Of a DNA stretch of 64,000 bases, positions 1 to 15,040 are shown one piece after another. This stretch comes from Camelus dromedarius. Lineage: Eukaryota. The number at the start of each line of letters is the position of its first letter. Position 1 is the first letter of the stretch. Location of the stretch: contig NC_087436.1 in assembly GCF_036321535.1 (NCBI RefSeq), forward strand, positions 53,322,001 to 53,386,000, given 5' to 3'. Below the pieces are notes generated by a model. That model searched no databases. It had not been told where the DNA came from and worked only from the letters and a program-made list of their open reading frames with translations. Made by a program: the position numbers and the translations under genes.

Positions 1-3000
1 CATACAGTAAAAACTGCAGTCTGCAAAAGGATATACTCAGATTTATAAGTGGAGAAGGTCCAGAAAATCTAAATATAGGACATTTCTTAGGGAAATGTCA
101 CATATTTTGAAGGTAAAGAAAGTGGTTTTAGTGCTTTTATACTGTTTGCAGTAAAAATAAAAGCAGCTTCATGCTACATGTATTAAATGTGAGGCCTGAA
201 TATTAAATCTAAAAACTGAACTATTATTGGAACCATATTCCAAAAGTCTATAATTTTTACTCAAGAAAGTACTTTACTAGTTAAATGATCTTAGTTAATT
301 ATTACGATTAACTGAAAATGAGTCATAGGGCAATTAAAAAGTATTATGGTGGCTTGAAGTCTAGGGATGAGAAGGAAGCGGCTGTGGACAAAGCATGTCA
401 AATGGGTAGCTCAGAAATGACACAAACATCCAAAGCAATAGATTTTCTGAGTAGATATCGATACATACACAGGTGTATATATTTGCAAAATTATTTTCAA
501 TCTAGAATTTTTCTATTAGCTATCAGGTCTTAAGTCTAGAAGCCTGGAATTAGTTTGATGTTTCCAATATGTGAAAGCCTATGGTATTCATTTCTTAATG
601 CTTTCTCACAGGAAGATTTGCATTTTGAGCTTCATCTGTCAGTGTGCAATGAAAATCTTATTCCTTTAAGGGGTTTTAACTATCTTTGAAAGTGATTTAG
701 TTCCACGTCTACAATTTATTCTATATTGTGGAAAGGACTCTAGACTCAGAGCAAGTGCTCTACCACTTACTTGTAAGTTACTCAACCTCTCTAAGCCCAT
801 TTCATCCTTTCTTTTAAAAAAATTATTCTACCAATCCATTACAGCTTCATGAAGATTACATGGAATGATGTAATGAAAAGGCTTTGTCTGTGTTGTGCCA
901 TGTAAATGTAGGGAATGGTTTCATTGTTTTGTCAAAGATGCTGACAGAGATAATTAGGGTTAGGGGAGCTTCCAGAATATCCCTAAGTTTTCAGAATGTC
1001 CTAGCATCATGGAATACTATGTTCCCATGCTGCTGGGTGCTCCAGTTGGTGTGATAATGTGAGATCCAGAGAAAAAAGAATTGGTTCTGCTTTCAGTTAA
1101 TTCTAATATGCCAATATTGATTCATTAATTATAATAAATACAACAAACTAATATGTCAATAATAGGGGAAATTGTGTGTGTGTTTGTGGAGGGAGGTAAA
1201 TAGGAACTTTCTTCACTATCTTCATAATTTATCCATAAACCTAAAACTTTTTAAATTAAAATGTATTTTTATTAAAAATACTTCATAAATACTAAATATT
1301 TTAAAATCACATTTTTACAAAGTGTAAAAAAACTTTCAAAAGTCCTTAAAGACACTACACTCACTGTACAATATTTTAGTCAGAATGATATCTGAATATC
1401 CCATTGTATTTCATTCCAAATCTTGTAGAATTATGCAAACTATGTATTGAGATACATATGTATAATCTTCTGAAGAGACAGCAGCCAGTGTTGCCTATAA
1501 TTTTTATCTTTATTTGCAAATTAAGTCATTTTTATGTAAGGGTTGTGTCAGGTTTGAGATGTTAATAGGCAAAGTGCACTGCTAGAGCTTTGGGAGTTTG
1601 CAAAGTTGCAAATCTCAGTATGTGTGTTATTATCAAAGTCATCACTTATACGATTTGTAACATACTGATTAAAAGAGAAAACAAAATAGCAACACTTAGG
1701 ACGATATAAAGATCACTTATGAAAAGTGCTTTTATGTTAAAGAATGACAAATCTCTTCACTGAAAATGTAGTACAAAATAAAAGTAAATATCATTAATAA
1801 AACAAAATTTTAAAAAAGAGACGGTTCTAAATGCCCATGTCACAATAGTGGGTATAAAATCCTACTGGTTGCCCAGAGGCCTGCATCTGGCCCCAACCCT
1901 CCATCCTCCCAGGTTGTGGGAGCAGGTGGAGAGGGGATATAGGCATGCATGTCAGTGTTCTCACAGAGGGGCACAGGGCTCCATGGGGGGGAAGGGGGGG
2001 TTCTTTCTGCACCCAGCACTGCCTCTCTATTTATATTGATACTGGTGGGGAAAGAGGCAGGTTGAAATCAAAGTATAAAAATGGAACTACAAAGGGGCTG
2101 GTATCCTGATAGGCCTGGAATGGTGCATATGGTCATTGTGTCCCGCTGACCTCCAGCAATAATTCTGACTCTAGAAACAAGAATTTCCAGATTTGCTGCT
2201 CTCCTTAAAAAGAATCTTAACTGTGAATGGACATAGCTTATACTCATTTTAGCCAGCTGAAAAAAAGGCCTAGTCAGAATGAAGAAAATTTTCAGTTTGA
2301 AGAGAATTTCGTGTTGATGGTTTAGCTAATAGCTCTGATACAGTGACTTTGCTCCTCCAGAAATAGTAAATCAACAAAAAGGAGTAATATCATTAAACTC
2401 TGAATTAACACTTTGCTACTATACAAATCACACAAGCTACTCTAGGATTAGAAAGTCATTTTGACAGAATCATTCGAAAATTACTCGGAAGTTGAAGAAG
2501 AGGGAGAGCAAGTCTGTATTTAATAATTACATTCTTAGTCACCTGACTACTTACTTCTATTAGCAAATGATTATTGCACAAATAACCTCTATTAAGTATT
2601 CTCCAAAAATGTTAAAGAAATAAGTTTATTGAAGTATATTAGCTTATATTTATCTGTCAAATAACCAGAAATATTCAGGAAATGGGTCATTGCATAAGAA
2701 GAGAAACCAAACTCAGTGTGGCAAGAATAAAGCTAGAATGGGGGCACTACACCCAAGGCCAAACACCATTCTGTTGAACTTAATGGTCATATATGTGCTT
2801 GGTTTGCTCATTTCATTCACTTGGGATCTGGGGTCCAAAAGATCATCTGTGCAGCCCTATCACAGTCATCAAAAGAACCCAGAGGTTGCTTCATAACTCA
2901 CAAACAAACTACCTCATGAGCAAAGACAACTAGAGAGGGTAAAGCACCTGATTTCCTTGTCCAGTCTTGCTTGTTGAGTTATTTGCCACGTCAAGAAACA

Positions 3001-3274
3001 ACTCAGATGACTTACTATGACTGAAAGCAAGTCAGAAATTGCTGGACAATTCTTACCTAAAAATGATGTTTAAAGACTACTATTCACCCATAACCAAATA
3101 ATTCACAGTGTTTAGGGGAGGTCTAATTCTTTAAAGGCAGCTTTGGAGCGAAAAGAATTTTAACTCATTCTAAATTTAAAGAATAAGTATCTCTTACATA
3201 ATGCCATGCTTCAAAGTAGGTGAGTGTGAGATTGGGAAAATAACATGAGGACTAAGTATTTCTTTTGTTACTGA

Positions 3275-5150
3275 TTTTTTTCTTGTGATGAGTACCTTCA
3301 TGGTTATTCTCCTAGCAACTTTCAATAGGAAATACAATATTACTAACTATATTCTCCATGCTGTTCATTACACACTCAGGATTTTTTTTTTAAATACCTT
3401 AAACTTTGTACCTTTTGACCCGCTTCACTTATTTCACTCACCCCTCACATCTGCCTCTGGCAAACATTCTGTTCTGTATATCTATGTGCTTGGTTTTTTA
3501 TTTACTTATTTATTTTTTAGACTCCACATATAAATGAGATCATACGATATTGGTCTTTCTCTGTCCAGCTTATTTCAGTTTGCATAATGCCTTCAAGATC
3601 CATCAAAGTTGTTAATAAGTTGCAAGTAGTAATTCTTTTATATGGCTGAATAAAATATCACTTCTTCTTTATCCATTCATCTGGACACTTCAGTTGTTTA
3701 CATACCTTGGCTATTATAAAGAACGCTGCAATAAACATGGGGGTGGATGTGTCTTTTCCAGTTAGTGTTTTTGTTTTCTTCAGGTAAATACCTAGAAGCA
3801 AAATTGCTGGCTCATAGTTCTATTTTTAGTTTTAGTTTTGAGGAGCTTCCATTCTGTTTTCCATAGTGGCTCCATCAATTTCTATATTCCCACAAACATT
3901 GTGCTAGTATTCCCTTTTTCCCATATCCTGACCAACACTTGTTGTTTCCTATCTTTTCGATAATAGCAATTTTAACAAGTGTGAGGTGATATCTAGTGTG
4001 CTTTTGATTTGTGTTTCCCTGATGACTAACGATGTTGGGTATCTTTTCATGTGTCTATTGGGCATTTGGATGTCTTCTTTGGAAAAATGTCTGTTCAGGT
4101 CCTCTGCCCATTTTTAATCCAATTGTTTGGTTTTTCTGCTTTTGAGTTGTATGATTTCTTTCTTTTTTTTTTTTTGGATATTAACATCTTATCAGATAGA
4201 TGATTTGCAAATCTTTCTCCCATTTAGTAGGTTGCGTTTTCATTTTATTGATATTCTCTTTGCTGTGCAGAGCTTTTCAGTTTGATGTAGTCCCACTTGT
4301 TTTTGCTTTTGTTGCTTTTGCATTTGGTGTCAAATGCAAAAAATCATCACAGAGTTCAAAGTCAAGGAGTTTACTACCTATGTCTTCTTCTAGGAGATTT
4401 ATGGTTTCAGGTAAATGGGATGGTTTTCTTTCTTTTTCTGGTAGTTCAGTACTAGTGTGTAGAAATTCAACACATTTCTGTATATTGATCTCATATCCTA
4501 GAACTTTACTGGATTTACTAGTTCTGACAGGTATTTTGGCAGAGCCTTTAGGGTTTTCTCTATATAGTATCATCACACCTGCAAACAGTGACAATTTTAC
4601 TTCTTCATTTATAATCTTGATGACTTTCATTTCTCTTTCTTGCCTAGTTGCTCTGCCGAGACTTGCCAATACTGTGTTGAATAGAAGTGGTGACAGTGGG
4701 CATCCTTGTCTTGTTTCTGATCTTAGAGGAAATGCTTTCAGATTTTTCACTGTTAAGTATGACGTCACTTGTGGGCTTGTTATGTATGTGGGCTTTATTG
4801 AGGTATTTTCCCTCTCTACCCAATTTGTTGAGAGAGTTTTTATCATAAATAGATGTTGAATTCTGTCAAATGCTTTTTCTGCATCTGTTGAGATGATTAC
4901 ATGGTTTTCATCTTTCATTTTGTTAATGTGGTATATCTCATTTATTGATTTGTGAATGTTGAACCATCCTTGCATCCTTGAAATAAATTCCACTTGATTG
5001 TGGTATATGATCCTTTTTAAGTATTTTTATGTATTGTTATGTATTGTTGAATTCAGTTTACTAATATTTCATTGAGAATTTTTGAATTATTTTAGTCTGT
5101 AATTGTCTTTTCCTGTGGTATCCTTGTCTGGTTTTGGTATACAGGTAATG
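3275..5150 (-). mobile_element. LINE-1 3' portion (ORF2 RT fragment plus 3' UTR), internally deleted
   Basis: ORF 4277..4993 contains MQGWFNIHKSIN, IISTDAEKAFD, FPLRSETRQGCPLSPLLFN and KLSLFA (L1 ORF2 RT); L1 3' UTR motifs at 3450-4300. Confidence 0.92.
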
Positions 5151-5154
5151 CTGC

Positions 5155-8100
5155 AGTGCTGGAATGTCTCAAACCAAACAATTAACTGCACAGGGACATA
5201 GCCCCACCTATCAGTCTTTAGGCTCTTCAAAGACCTCCTGAGCCTACAACCACCTCTAGATATACAACCCTAGACAGGACTCTGCCCACCAGAGAGCCAA
5301 GACCCAGCTCCACCCACTAGTGGGCAGGCACTAACCTCTCCTGCAAGGAAGCCTGCACAAGCCCCTAGAACAGCCTCACCCACCAAGGGTAAGACACCAT
5401 AAGCAAGAAAACTATGATCCCACAGTCTATGGAACAAGTCTGCAAACAAGGCCAGACACTACCCTGACAACAGCTGGCCCCTGGCCCTTGGGTCACAAGA
5501 GGGAAGTGCAATGCTGGGATGCACAGGATGTCTTCTACAGAGGGCCACTTCTCCAAGGTCAAGAAATGTAAATAACCTACCACATACATAAAGATATAAA
5601 CAGCAATTTAGACAAAATGAGGCAGCAGAGAAGTATGTTCTACATGAACAAACAAGATAAAACCCCAGAAGAAGAACTAAGCCATGTGGAGATAGGCAAT
5701 CTACCTGAGAAAGAGTTCAGAGTAATGATCATAAAGATGATCAAAAAACTCAGGAGAAGAATGGGTGCACAGAGTGAGAACTTACAAGGTTTTAACAAAG
5801 AATTACAAATATATAAATAACAACCAGAGTTGAAGAATACAATAACTGAAATAAAACACACACTAGAAGGAATCAATAGTAGACTACATGATGCAGAAGA
5901 ATGGATCAGTGAGCTGGAAGGCAGAGAAGTGGAAAGTACTGCAACGAAACAGGAAAAAAAAAGAAAAAAAAAAAACAAGGACAGTCTAAGAGACCTCTGA
6001 GACAACATCAAGCATACTGATATTTGCATTATTGAGGTCTCAGAAGGAGAAGGGAGAGAGTAAAAGCCCAAGAAAATATTTGAAGAGATAATTGCTGAAA
6101 ACTTCCCTAAGCTGGGAAAGGAAAGTCACCCGAGTCTAGGAAGCAGAGAGTCACACACAGGATTAACCCAAAGAGGAACACACAAAGACACACTGTAATC
6201 AAAATTACAAAAATTAAAGATAAATAGAGAATATTAAAATAAAAATAAATAATAAAAGCAGAAATGAAAAAGAAGTTACAGCCAATACCACAGAAATACA
6301 AAGGATCCTCTGAGGCTACTATGAGCAACTATCTGCAAATAAAATGGACATCCTAAAAGAAATTGACAAATTCTTAGAAAGGCACAATCTCCCAAGATTG
6401 AACCAGAAAGAAACAGAAAATATGAACAGACCAATTACTAGTACGGAAATTGGATCAGTAATTTTAAAACTCCCAAAACAAACAAAAATAAAGGTTAAGA
6501 ACTCCAAGACTAGATGGCTTCACAGGTCAATTCTATATACCAAACATTTAGAAAAAAGTTCACACCTATACTTCTGAAACTGTTCCAAAAAATTGCAGAG
6601 AAAGGAACACTTCCAAACACATTCTATGAGGCCACTATACACCCTGATAACAAAACCAAACAAAAATATCATACACAAAAAAAGAAAATTACAGGTCAGT
6701 ATCACTGATGAACATACATGCAAAAGTCCTTGACAAAACACTAACAAATCAAACAATATATTAAATGGATCATACACCATGATCAAGTGGGATTTATCCC
6801 AGGGATGCAAGGATTTTTCAATATCTGCAAATTGATCAGGGTGATACCCCACATTAGCAAATTGAAGAATAGAAACCATATGATCATCTCAATAGATGCA
6901 AATAAAGCTTTTGATAAAATTCAACATTGATTTATGATGAAAACTCCTCAGAAAGTGGGCATAGAGGGAACATACCTCAACATAATAAAAGCTATCTATG
7001 ACAAACCCACAGCTAACATCATACTCAACGGTGCAAAACTAAAAGCATTTCCTCTAAGATCAGGAATAAGACAAGGATGCCCACTACCACCACTTTTATT
7101 CAACAAAGATCAGTGGAATAGAAATAGGATAGAAAGCCCAGAAATAAACCACTTATGGTCAGTTAACCTATAACAAAGGAGGCAAGAATATACAAGGGAG
7201 AGAAATCAGTCCTTCAATAATTGGTGCTGGAAAAACTGCACAGCTACATGTAAAAGAATGAAATTAGAATATTATCTAACACCATATACAAAAATAAACT
7301 CAAAATGGATTGAAGACCTAAATGTAAGACAGGATACTATAAAACTACTAGAGGAAAACATAGGCAGAACACTCTTTGACATAAATCACAGCAATTTTTT
7401 TTTTTTTGCATCTGGTTCCTACAGTAATGGAAACAAAAGCAAAAATAAACAAGTGAGACTTAATTAAACTGAAAAGCTTTTGCAGAGCAAAGGAAACCAT
7501 AAACAAAACGGAAAGACAATCTATGGAACAAGAGAAAATACTTGCAAACAATGCACCCCACAAGGGATTAATTCTAAAATATACAAAAAGCTCATACAGC
7601 TCAATATCCAAAGAACAAACATCCCAGTCAAAACATGTGCAGAAGACCTAAATAGATATTTCTCCAAAGAAGACATACAGACGGCCAACAAGCACATAAA
7701 AAGATGCTCAGCATCACTAATTATTTCAGAAATGCAAATCAAACCTACTGAGGTATCACCTCACACCAGTCAGAATGATCATCATCAAATGTCTACAAAT
7801 AATAAATGCTGGAGAGGGTATGGAGAAAACAGAATCCTCCTACTGTTGGTAGAAATGTAAACTGGTGCAGCCACTATGGAGAATAGTATGGAGGTTCCTT
7901 AAAAAAAAAACTAAAAATAGAGTTACCACATGATCCAGCAATCCCAATCTTTGGCATATAGCTATAAAAGACGAACACTAATTCAAAAATATACATGCAC
8001 CCCGATGTTCATCACAGCACTCTTTACAACAGCCAAGGCACGGAAATAACCTAGGGGTCCATTGTCCAATGAATGGATAAAGAAGATATGGTATATATAC

Positions 8101-8525
8101 ATGATGGAATATTACTCAGGCATTAAAAAGAATGGAATAATGTCATTTGCAGCAACATGGATGGGCCTGGAGATTGTCATACTAAGTAAACTAAGTCAGA
8201 CAGAAAAATACAAATATAATATGATATCACTTATATGTGGAATCTAAAAAAAAAGACACAGATGAACTTATTTACCAAACAGAAATAGACTCACAGACAT
8301 AGAAAACAAACATACGGCTACCAAACAAACAACAAGGATCTACTGAATAGCACAGCGAACTATATTCTATTTCTTGTAATAACCTATCATTGAAAAGAAT
8401 CTGAAAATATAAGTATATGTATATGTATGTGTGTGTGTGTGTGTATAACTGAATAACTTTGCTATACACCTGAGCTAATATAACATTGTAAATCAACTAT
8501 ACTGCAATAAACATTTTTCTTAAAA
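5155..8525 (+). mobile_element. LINE-1 with 5' UTR, ORF1 and ORF2 fragments, 3' UTR and A-tail; several internal deletions
   Basis: ORF1-like EIGNLPEKEFRVMIIKMI (5617). ORF2-like [47 protein letters not shown] and WIKKIWYIY. Artiodactyl-type 3' end with aataaa near 8506. Confidence 0.95.
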
Positions 8526-11082
8526 ATAAGAATTAAGTTCTGAGCTATAGATTTGGAGTTGATTCTCATTTCAATTATTTCCTATAGTACGAGTTCAACT
8601 TTCCTAGCATTAAATTCTCCCATAGCCTCCTCCCCCCAAAATTACAAGATGCAGAAGTGTGATTTAAGTTTTGCCAATTAAATGCACTTATGACAGAGCA
8701 TGCTTCAGAACTGCATTTTATCAAAATAGGCAGGATATGGAGCATCTATTCTGTTGGTGTGGATCACAGAGAGGGCAGAAACATTCTGGAGTTGGAGTCA
8801 AGAGCTGTCCTGGTAGCTCCCAGATCCATACAAGGGAATAGCTTCCTTAGAAAGACAGGTACTGACATTATTTTTGGAAGCTCAGCCTAGCATCTTTTTG
8901 CACACTGATTCTGTGAGCTCCATATCGCCCTCAAGAAATCCCTTCTGTGTAAACCAGCTTCAGTGATTTCAGTGTTTAGTTCACTCTGAGTCAGGTTTTC
9001 AGTTTTTACCCTTGAATCCATTTCTAACTATCACACTTCTTAGGGTTACTCTAGACTTCCTAGTCCCCACACTAAAGTTTGAACTGTAGCCCCACTACCT
9101 AGCCTATTCCTCTTCTCTCATGTAAACCTGCCAAACCTAAAACACCACTGAATACTCACTGCCATCGCTCACTGACTGGTTGTAGTAAACTACTGATAAA
9201 TAATTGCTGCTATTATTTCTGTCAATGATCTTTGATGAGAGAAACACAAACATGAAAAAACAAATGAGCTACTAAAATACTTCTCTAAGAGACTCCAAAG
9301 CTCCTTTATTGTGACAACGGCTGCCCAACAATGAGAACATGGACATCACAAGACATGGCAGCGGGAGATTTCTCCTCCTCTGACTCCTAAACAGATAGTT
9401 CTACAGCTTGTTTGTCAAATATTCACGTGTTGCCTTACATATCACCTTTAACATTGTTTAACTTAAAGGTTATGTTAACCTTTATACAACGTTTATTATG
9501 TTTAATATTAGATTTAATTAAATCTTTTAGTTAAATCTCATCACAAAAATAAATTTTCAACAGTTCTGTCTTACGATGCCAAGACCTCATCTTCTGTATA
9601 CTGAATTACCCCAGTACCTAACATACTGCAAAAAAACACTTAGTCAGGAAGCAGTCAATGTTGATTTGCAACTTAATATTTTGCCAGTTTAGACATCTGC
9701 AATCAGCAATAAATCATGTTAGTGTGGAGTTGTCAGATTTTATCATGTCCATTACACTGAGGCTCATGTTTAAGCCAATGAATGAGGCCTTGCTGCCTGC
9801 CTGGGGCAGGGGTGGGGGAGGCGTCTACATTTCCATTCAGTTCTGTGGCTCTCCACACATCATTAAAGACACAATAATTCTTGTGAAATAACTAGAAAAT
9901 TTTATTTCCTTAAAACGGTTCCCAAAAGGAACTACAGTATTTCTAGTTTGGTAAGTGAAGAAAAAGTGAAGTCTAATAAAGATCATATGTGGAAAATCAG
10001 CATTACAATTAAAGAAGGAATGGTAACTTTGAAAGTGATTTTATTTTTTGGCATGACCTAGTCCACCAACTGGACAATTGGGAAATTAGGGAACAGGAAC
10101 AAGTAAGTGATTCAGGAAACAGAGTGTGTTCTAGCCAGTGCCAAAATTAAACATTAAATGAGAAGTAAATCATTGAGAGTCTGAAAGAAGTCACCTAATA
10201 TATTCAGTTATTTACCTGCATTTGGGGAGGGGGAAATTTATATAACAGACTTTCATACCAAATTTTGAGGATTTATAACACCTTGGGACCCAGCTGTTGT
10301 GAATATGTCATGTACATGGTGTACAGAAGGAGAAACCTCTGCAACTCTCTGGCAGAGCAGGTTTCTTGCAGCTTCCCCCACAGGAGAAGAAAGAAAGTGG
10401 AGAAGGGAAGAGTTACAATGCTCCCCACTGGGACAAAAAGTCATGACTCTGACAAGCCCCCTTTCCCCTGCCCCGTCTTCCAGATATACTGGAGGAGTGG
10501 GGGGATTCATTATTGTAGGGGCGTCCATTAGTAACCTTTAGAAAGGACCTCTGCCCCAATTGCTAATGGAGTCCTTAGGGTCTCTATATTTTATTTTCAA
10601 AACTATAAAAATTATTGGTTAAATAGTCTACTGAAAACTCCTTTATGTAAATATCAGAAGTAGAAATAAATAATGTTAACATTTAGCCAGCATATAGGAC
10701 TTTCTAAATTATGTTAGACCTTGTTTCTATTCTTGTATCGTAATCTTTTCTATTTTAAACTAAATTTTCCATTAAAAAATATTTAGCAAGTAATATTCTA
10801 TTCTCAGTTTCTTCTATGTCTTACTGCAAGTCAAAATGATACCCCAAGTGACTTTCCTATCTCGACTCACCTGTCTTCTTCATCACTCACATTATTCAAA
10901 ATTCAAAAAATTCCCCAAACTCCTCTCCTCCCTGAGCCTGTCCTTATTAACTGGATGTGATCCCTTTCTAAATATATCTTGTAATTGCACAGAAACGTTT
11001 ACCCTAAATGTGTGAAAACATACTTGAAAAAATAAATACAGTTGTAGGTGATTCAGAATTATATGAAACATTTCTTCATATG

Positions 11083-11625
11083 TGTATTAGTTTTCTATTG
11101 CTGTGTAACAAATTACCACAAAATTAGCAACTTGAAAGTACATGCATTTATCATCTCACAGTTTCTTTAAGTCAAAGTCTAGGCACGGCTAAACTGTTTT
11201 CTCTGCTCAGGATCTCTCAAAGTTGAAATCAAGGTGTCAGCCGAGCTATGTTCCTTTCTGGAGGTTGGGGTCCTCTTCTAAGTTCACGGGGTTGTTGGCC
11301 AAATTTAGTTCCTCGTGGTTGGAGGACTAAGGCTTCCATTCTCTTGCTGGCTGCAGGCTGGGAGCAGTCTCAGCATAGCTCCTTCCACATGCCCTGTCAT
11401 GCTGCCAATCTCCTGACGTCCAATCCCCCTCCGGTCTTATATAATGTAACATAATCATGGGAGTGACTATCCCATCACCATTTGCCAGATATGTGCCCTA
11501 ACTAAGGAAGTGACTAGCCCATCACAGTCAGTTTCCATCCACACTTTCCTGTAAAGGATCATACTAAGTGTGTCCACCAGGGGACAGTATTCGTGGGACT
11601 CATCTCAAAATTCTATCTACCACAA
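11083..11625 (-). mobile_element. MaLR (MLT1-type) solo LTR
   Basis: Begins tgtattagttttctattgctgtgtaacaaattaccacaaa; has internal aaatcaaggtgtcagc and terminal attctatctaccaca motifs characteristic of MLT1 LTRs. Confidence 0.75.
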
Positions 11626-12944
11626 CAAGATAATAGGATTAAGAACTGGATACCCTCAATATCAAGTTCTTATAAATGATTCAAGCATATGATTGACAGA
11701 AATTCAATTGCCATGCCCCTCTTCAAGACTTTCAGAATATTGGCTAAATCAGCTTTTACTAGGAGGCATATTGATTAAATAATACAAGTGACTCTGTATT
11801 CCAGCACAGAAGTTAGTTATTGGCTAGGTCTATAATCATGTATTGCCACAGAAAGGGAGCAGACGTAGATAGAAGTTCTGAATGTTGAAAACAGGGTTAT
11901 ATGAGTAATAGAAGCATGGGGCAAAGAGGATAGAGGGAAAAATGTTCATGGTATGTGAGAATATATTGCTTTGACTCTTTGCCTTCCCATGAGATTCAGA
12001 TGAAGTAGAAGATTGACTTTAATAATTTCATGGAAGTATTTAAAATCAAATTCTGAGTATGGGGGGACATTTTTAAATTTTGGTATAAAGACAGTCTAAA
12101 AGAAAATAATGTACAAGGGAAAATATTTGCACACATATGGTCAACAAAGTATATCTCTACTATCCAAGTGCATTTTTATTTTAAAAAAAAGGACAAATAG
12201 CTCTAGGAAAATGGGCAATAATGGAAATTCATAACAGAGGAAATACAAATGGGCAACAAGCATATGAAATGGAGCTGAACCTTGATAGTGGTCAGCAAAA
12301 CACACAATAAAACAAAATGAGATATCACCATTTATCTGCTAGCTTATACTACTGATAAAAATGTGAATTGTTATAGGTTTCTGAAAAGCAATGGCAATAC
12401 TTACTAACATTTAAAGGCACACCTGTCATTTCCCCCAAGATAACTACACTTGGGAATCCGCTCCTAGAAATAAAAGTATCTGGCTGTGAGGATGTAAAGA
12501 CAAGGTTATTTACTACAACCTTGTTTGTAGAAGAAAAATTAAGTAAATAATCTTTCAACTCTTTGACAGAATAAGAATGATAAACCTTATTGTGGATATT
12601 TAGAAGAACAACACATCTTTTAAGAGGGATGAATTTGATGCATCATAACATGTAAAAAACCAAAGTAGAATAATGTGTATTGTATGATCCAATTTTTGTG
12701 AAAGACAAAAACAAACCAAAAATATATTCCCATTTATTAGTACATAGGTTTATATGAGCATGGAGAAAGGTGTGGAGATGTACAAACAGGCTATCTCCCT
12801 CAGAAAACTCAAACTGAAGGGAGTTAGAGAATAAATGTTAACTTTTTAACTACAATTGTTTGGTTTTACTTGTTACAATGAGACTCATGACTTTACTACC
12901 TATAAAGAAACTCTAAAGAAATGAAATAAAGATTTCAGCTGCCA

Positions 12945-13159
12945 GTGAGGCCACTATGGAAAACAGTATGGAGACTCCTTAAAAAACTACAAATAGAGTT
13001 ACCATATGATCCAGCAATCCCACTCCTGGGCATATACCTGGAGAAAACTCTCAATTTGAAAAGACACATGCATCCCAATATTCATAGCAGGAGTTGTTAC
13101 AATAGCCAAGACATGGAAGCAATCTAAATGTCAACTGACAGTTGATTGGATAAAGATGT

Positions 13160-13203
<44 letters not shown>

Positions 13204-13687
13204 GGAATACTACTCTGCCATAAAAATGAATGAAATAGTGGTATTTGCATCCAACATGGATGAATCTAGAGATTATCATACTAAATTAAGTCAGTCAGAC
13301 AGAGAAAGACAAATACCATATGATATCACTTATATGTGGAATCTAAACAAATGACATAAATGAACTTATTTACAAAACAGAGAGAGACTCATAGACATAG
13401 AAAACCAACTTATGGTTACCAAAGGGGAAATGATGGAGGGAAGGATAAATCAGGAGATTGGGATTAGCAGATACAAACTACTATATATGAAATAGATAAA
13501 CAACAAGTTTCTTCTGTATAGCACAGGGAACTATATTCAGTGTCTCATAATAATCTATAATGAGAAAGAATATAAAAACTATGTATACATGTATATGTAT
13601 GACTGAATCACTATGTTGTATTACACTAAAAACTAACACAACATTGTAAATCAATTACACTTCCTTAAAAAAATAACAATAGTGCTG
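12945..13687 (+). mobile_element. 5'-truncated LINE-1 3' end with 16-bp target-site duplication
   Basis: PLWKTVWRLLKKLQIELPYDPAIPLLGIY (ORF2 C-terminus), 3' UTR and A-tail; TSD aagatttcagctgcca (12929-12944) / aagatttcagttgcca (13688-13703). Confidence 0.93.
13163..13200. repeat. (AC)19 microsatellite
   Basis: Perfect dinucleotide run inside the L1 3' end. Confidence 0.97.
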
Positions 13688-14379
13688 AAGATTTCAGTTG
13701 CCAACATACAAATGTAATTGTGAAATAACTTGAAGTTACTGTAATTTTTGCTTTCATTTAAGAAAAATCCTCTAGCAAAATAATTGTCAAGATAATATAA
13801 ACTACTGAGATGTTTCTAAAATCTTGAGAAGATTTAAAAACTGTCGATTTTGCATATTACTCTTGGAGTAATAGACATGTTTTTCTTACTGGATCATTTA
13901 GGAACCTGGGATTATCTAAGGCAGATATATAAGGCTTGATATCAGAAACCTTTCACAGGCCTTAAAAGAAACCATTTAGAGCTTCTGAACATGAGATTAT
14001 ACAGTCTAGTAGGTTTTTGGCTTATAGTCATAGGAAAGTAATGTAAACAAACTGTCTGGAGTTACCTGCATAATCCTGGATTCTGCCTGTTTCTCCAAGG
14101 GGATTTTATTTGGATCTTCAATTGCCCTCTTAGATTCCAGAATGGTGGCAGCTGATCATGTACCTTCCACACAGACAATTGGGAAATCCTTCTCTGAAAA
14201 ATCTGACCAACCCAAAGAGAAAATACCCACACACACTGACTTTGCAGATTCCCTAACGATAAAGCTCACCAGATAATTCTATAGCAAATCCCGCAGTCAA
14301 CAAAAGCCACCCATGTGTTTAGAGCATCCCAACAGCTTGCTGGTGTCTCATTCTTCAACAGAAGGAGGCAACCAAGAAC

Positions 14380-15040
14380 CATCAGAAGGCTGACATGATT
14401 CTAGCTTTCTAATATGAGAGAGAACAAAGCAAACAAAGAAGAGGAAGTTGGAAGAAAATAACTCATGAAAAGAAAAAAAAAAAATGTAAAAATCTTCAAA
14501 AAGCTGTTGTCCATATCCTGAAAGGGACCAGAAGACACTGTATGCATGGAAATAATAATAGGCTGTAATAAAAAAAAGAACTCTTGAGAATTAAATGTTA
14601 TCATAGCAGGATGGGAATACAATACAAACATAAAAGATTACAAGATATTTATCCCCCAGTATGCTTTTTCTCAGGATGCTACCTGATGAAGTTCCCTGAA
14701 AGCAGTACAGTAATTGAGGAGAAAAACACAGGATCTAGGAAGCTGATACTCACCCGGGAGACAGCGCAGGGATTCCTCAGGAGAGAAGCCTTAGGATGGC
14801 GGGTGTGCCCAGAGGCAGAGCACCCCCAGCCCATGCTGGAGCAAGCCCAAGACTCCAGTAGGAAATACATCTGGGAATACAATTTCCAGCACTGTATCAG
14901 CTCCTGTTTGAGATCATGCGTCTCAAGCAATTTAGATGGAAATAAAGTTGACATGTCCTGGAAAATTGTGCTACAAAACTCAAAAAGTGGGTTTAATGAT
15001 GACAAAGACATTGATGAAACACATGCAGCTCTAAAATGAG
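14380..15040 (+). mobile_element. Old L1-related (HAL1/L1ME-like) remnant
   Basis: A-rich ORF1-like sequence followed by a segment resembling HAL1 (recalled consensus); explains ORF 14584..15039. Confidence 0.45.

Noticed and set aside
4200..8496. Many 60-240 aa ORFs on both strands
   Set aside because: All are fragments or antisense shadows of decayed LINE-1 ORF1/ORF2, not host genes
3275..8525. Opposite-orientation L1 pair as a single twin-primed (5'-inverted) insertion
   Set aside because: Each half has its own 3' end and both contain the same RT segment (RQGCPL), so they are two independent elements
10253..10541. Three overlapping 80-91 aa ORFs in a GC-richer patch
   Set aside because: No homology recognised and no exon structure; stop-codon scarcity is expected at higher GC
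14584..15039. 151-aa + strand ORF with an overlapping 110-aa - strand ORF
   Set aside because: No recognisable domain or splice context, non-ATG start, and it lies in old L1/HAL1-like sequence
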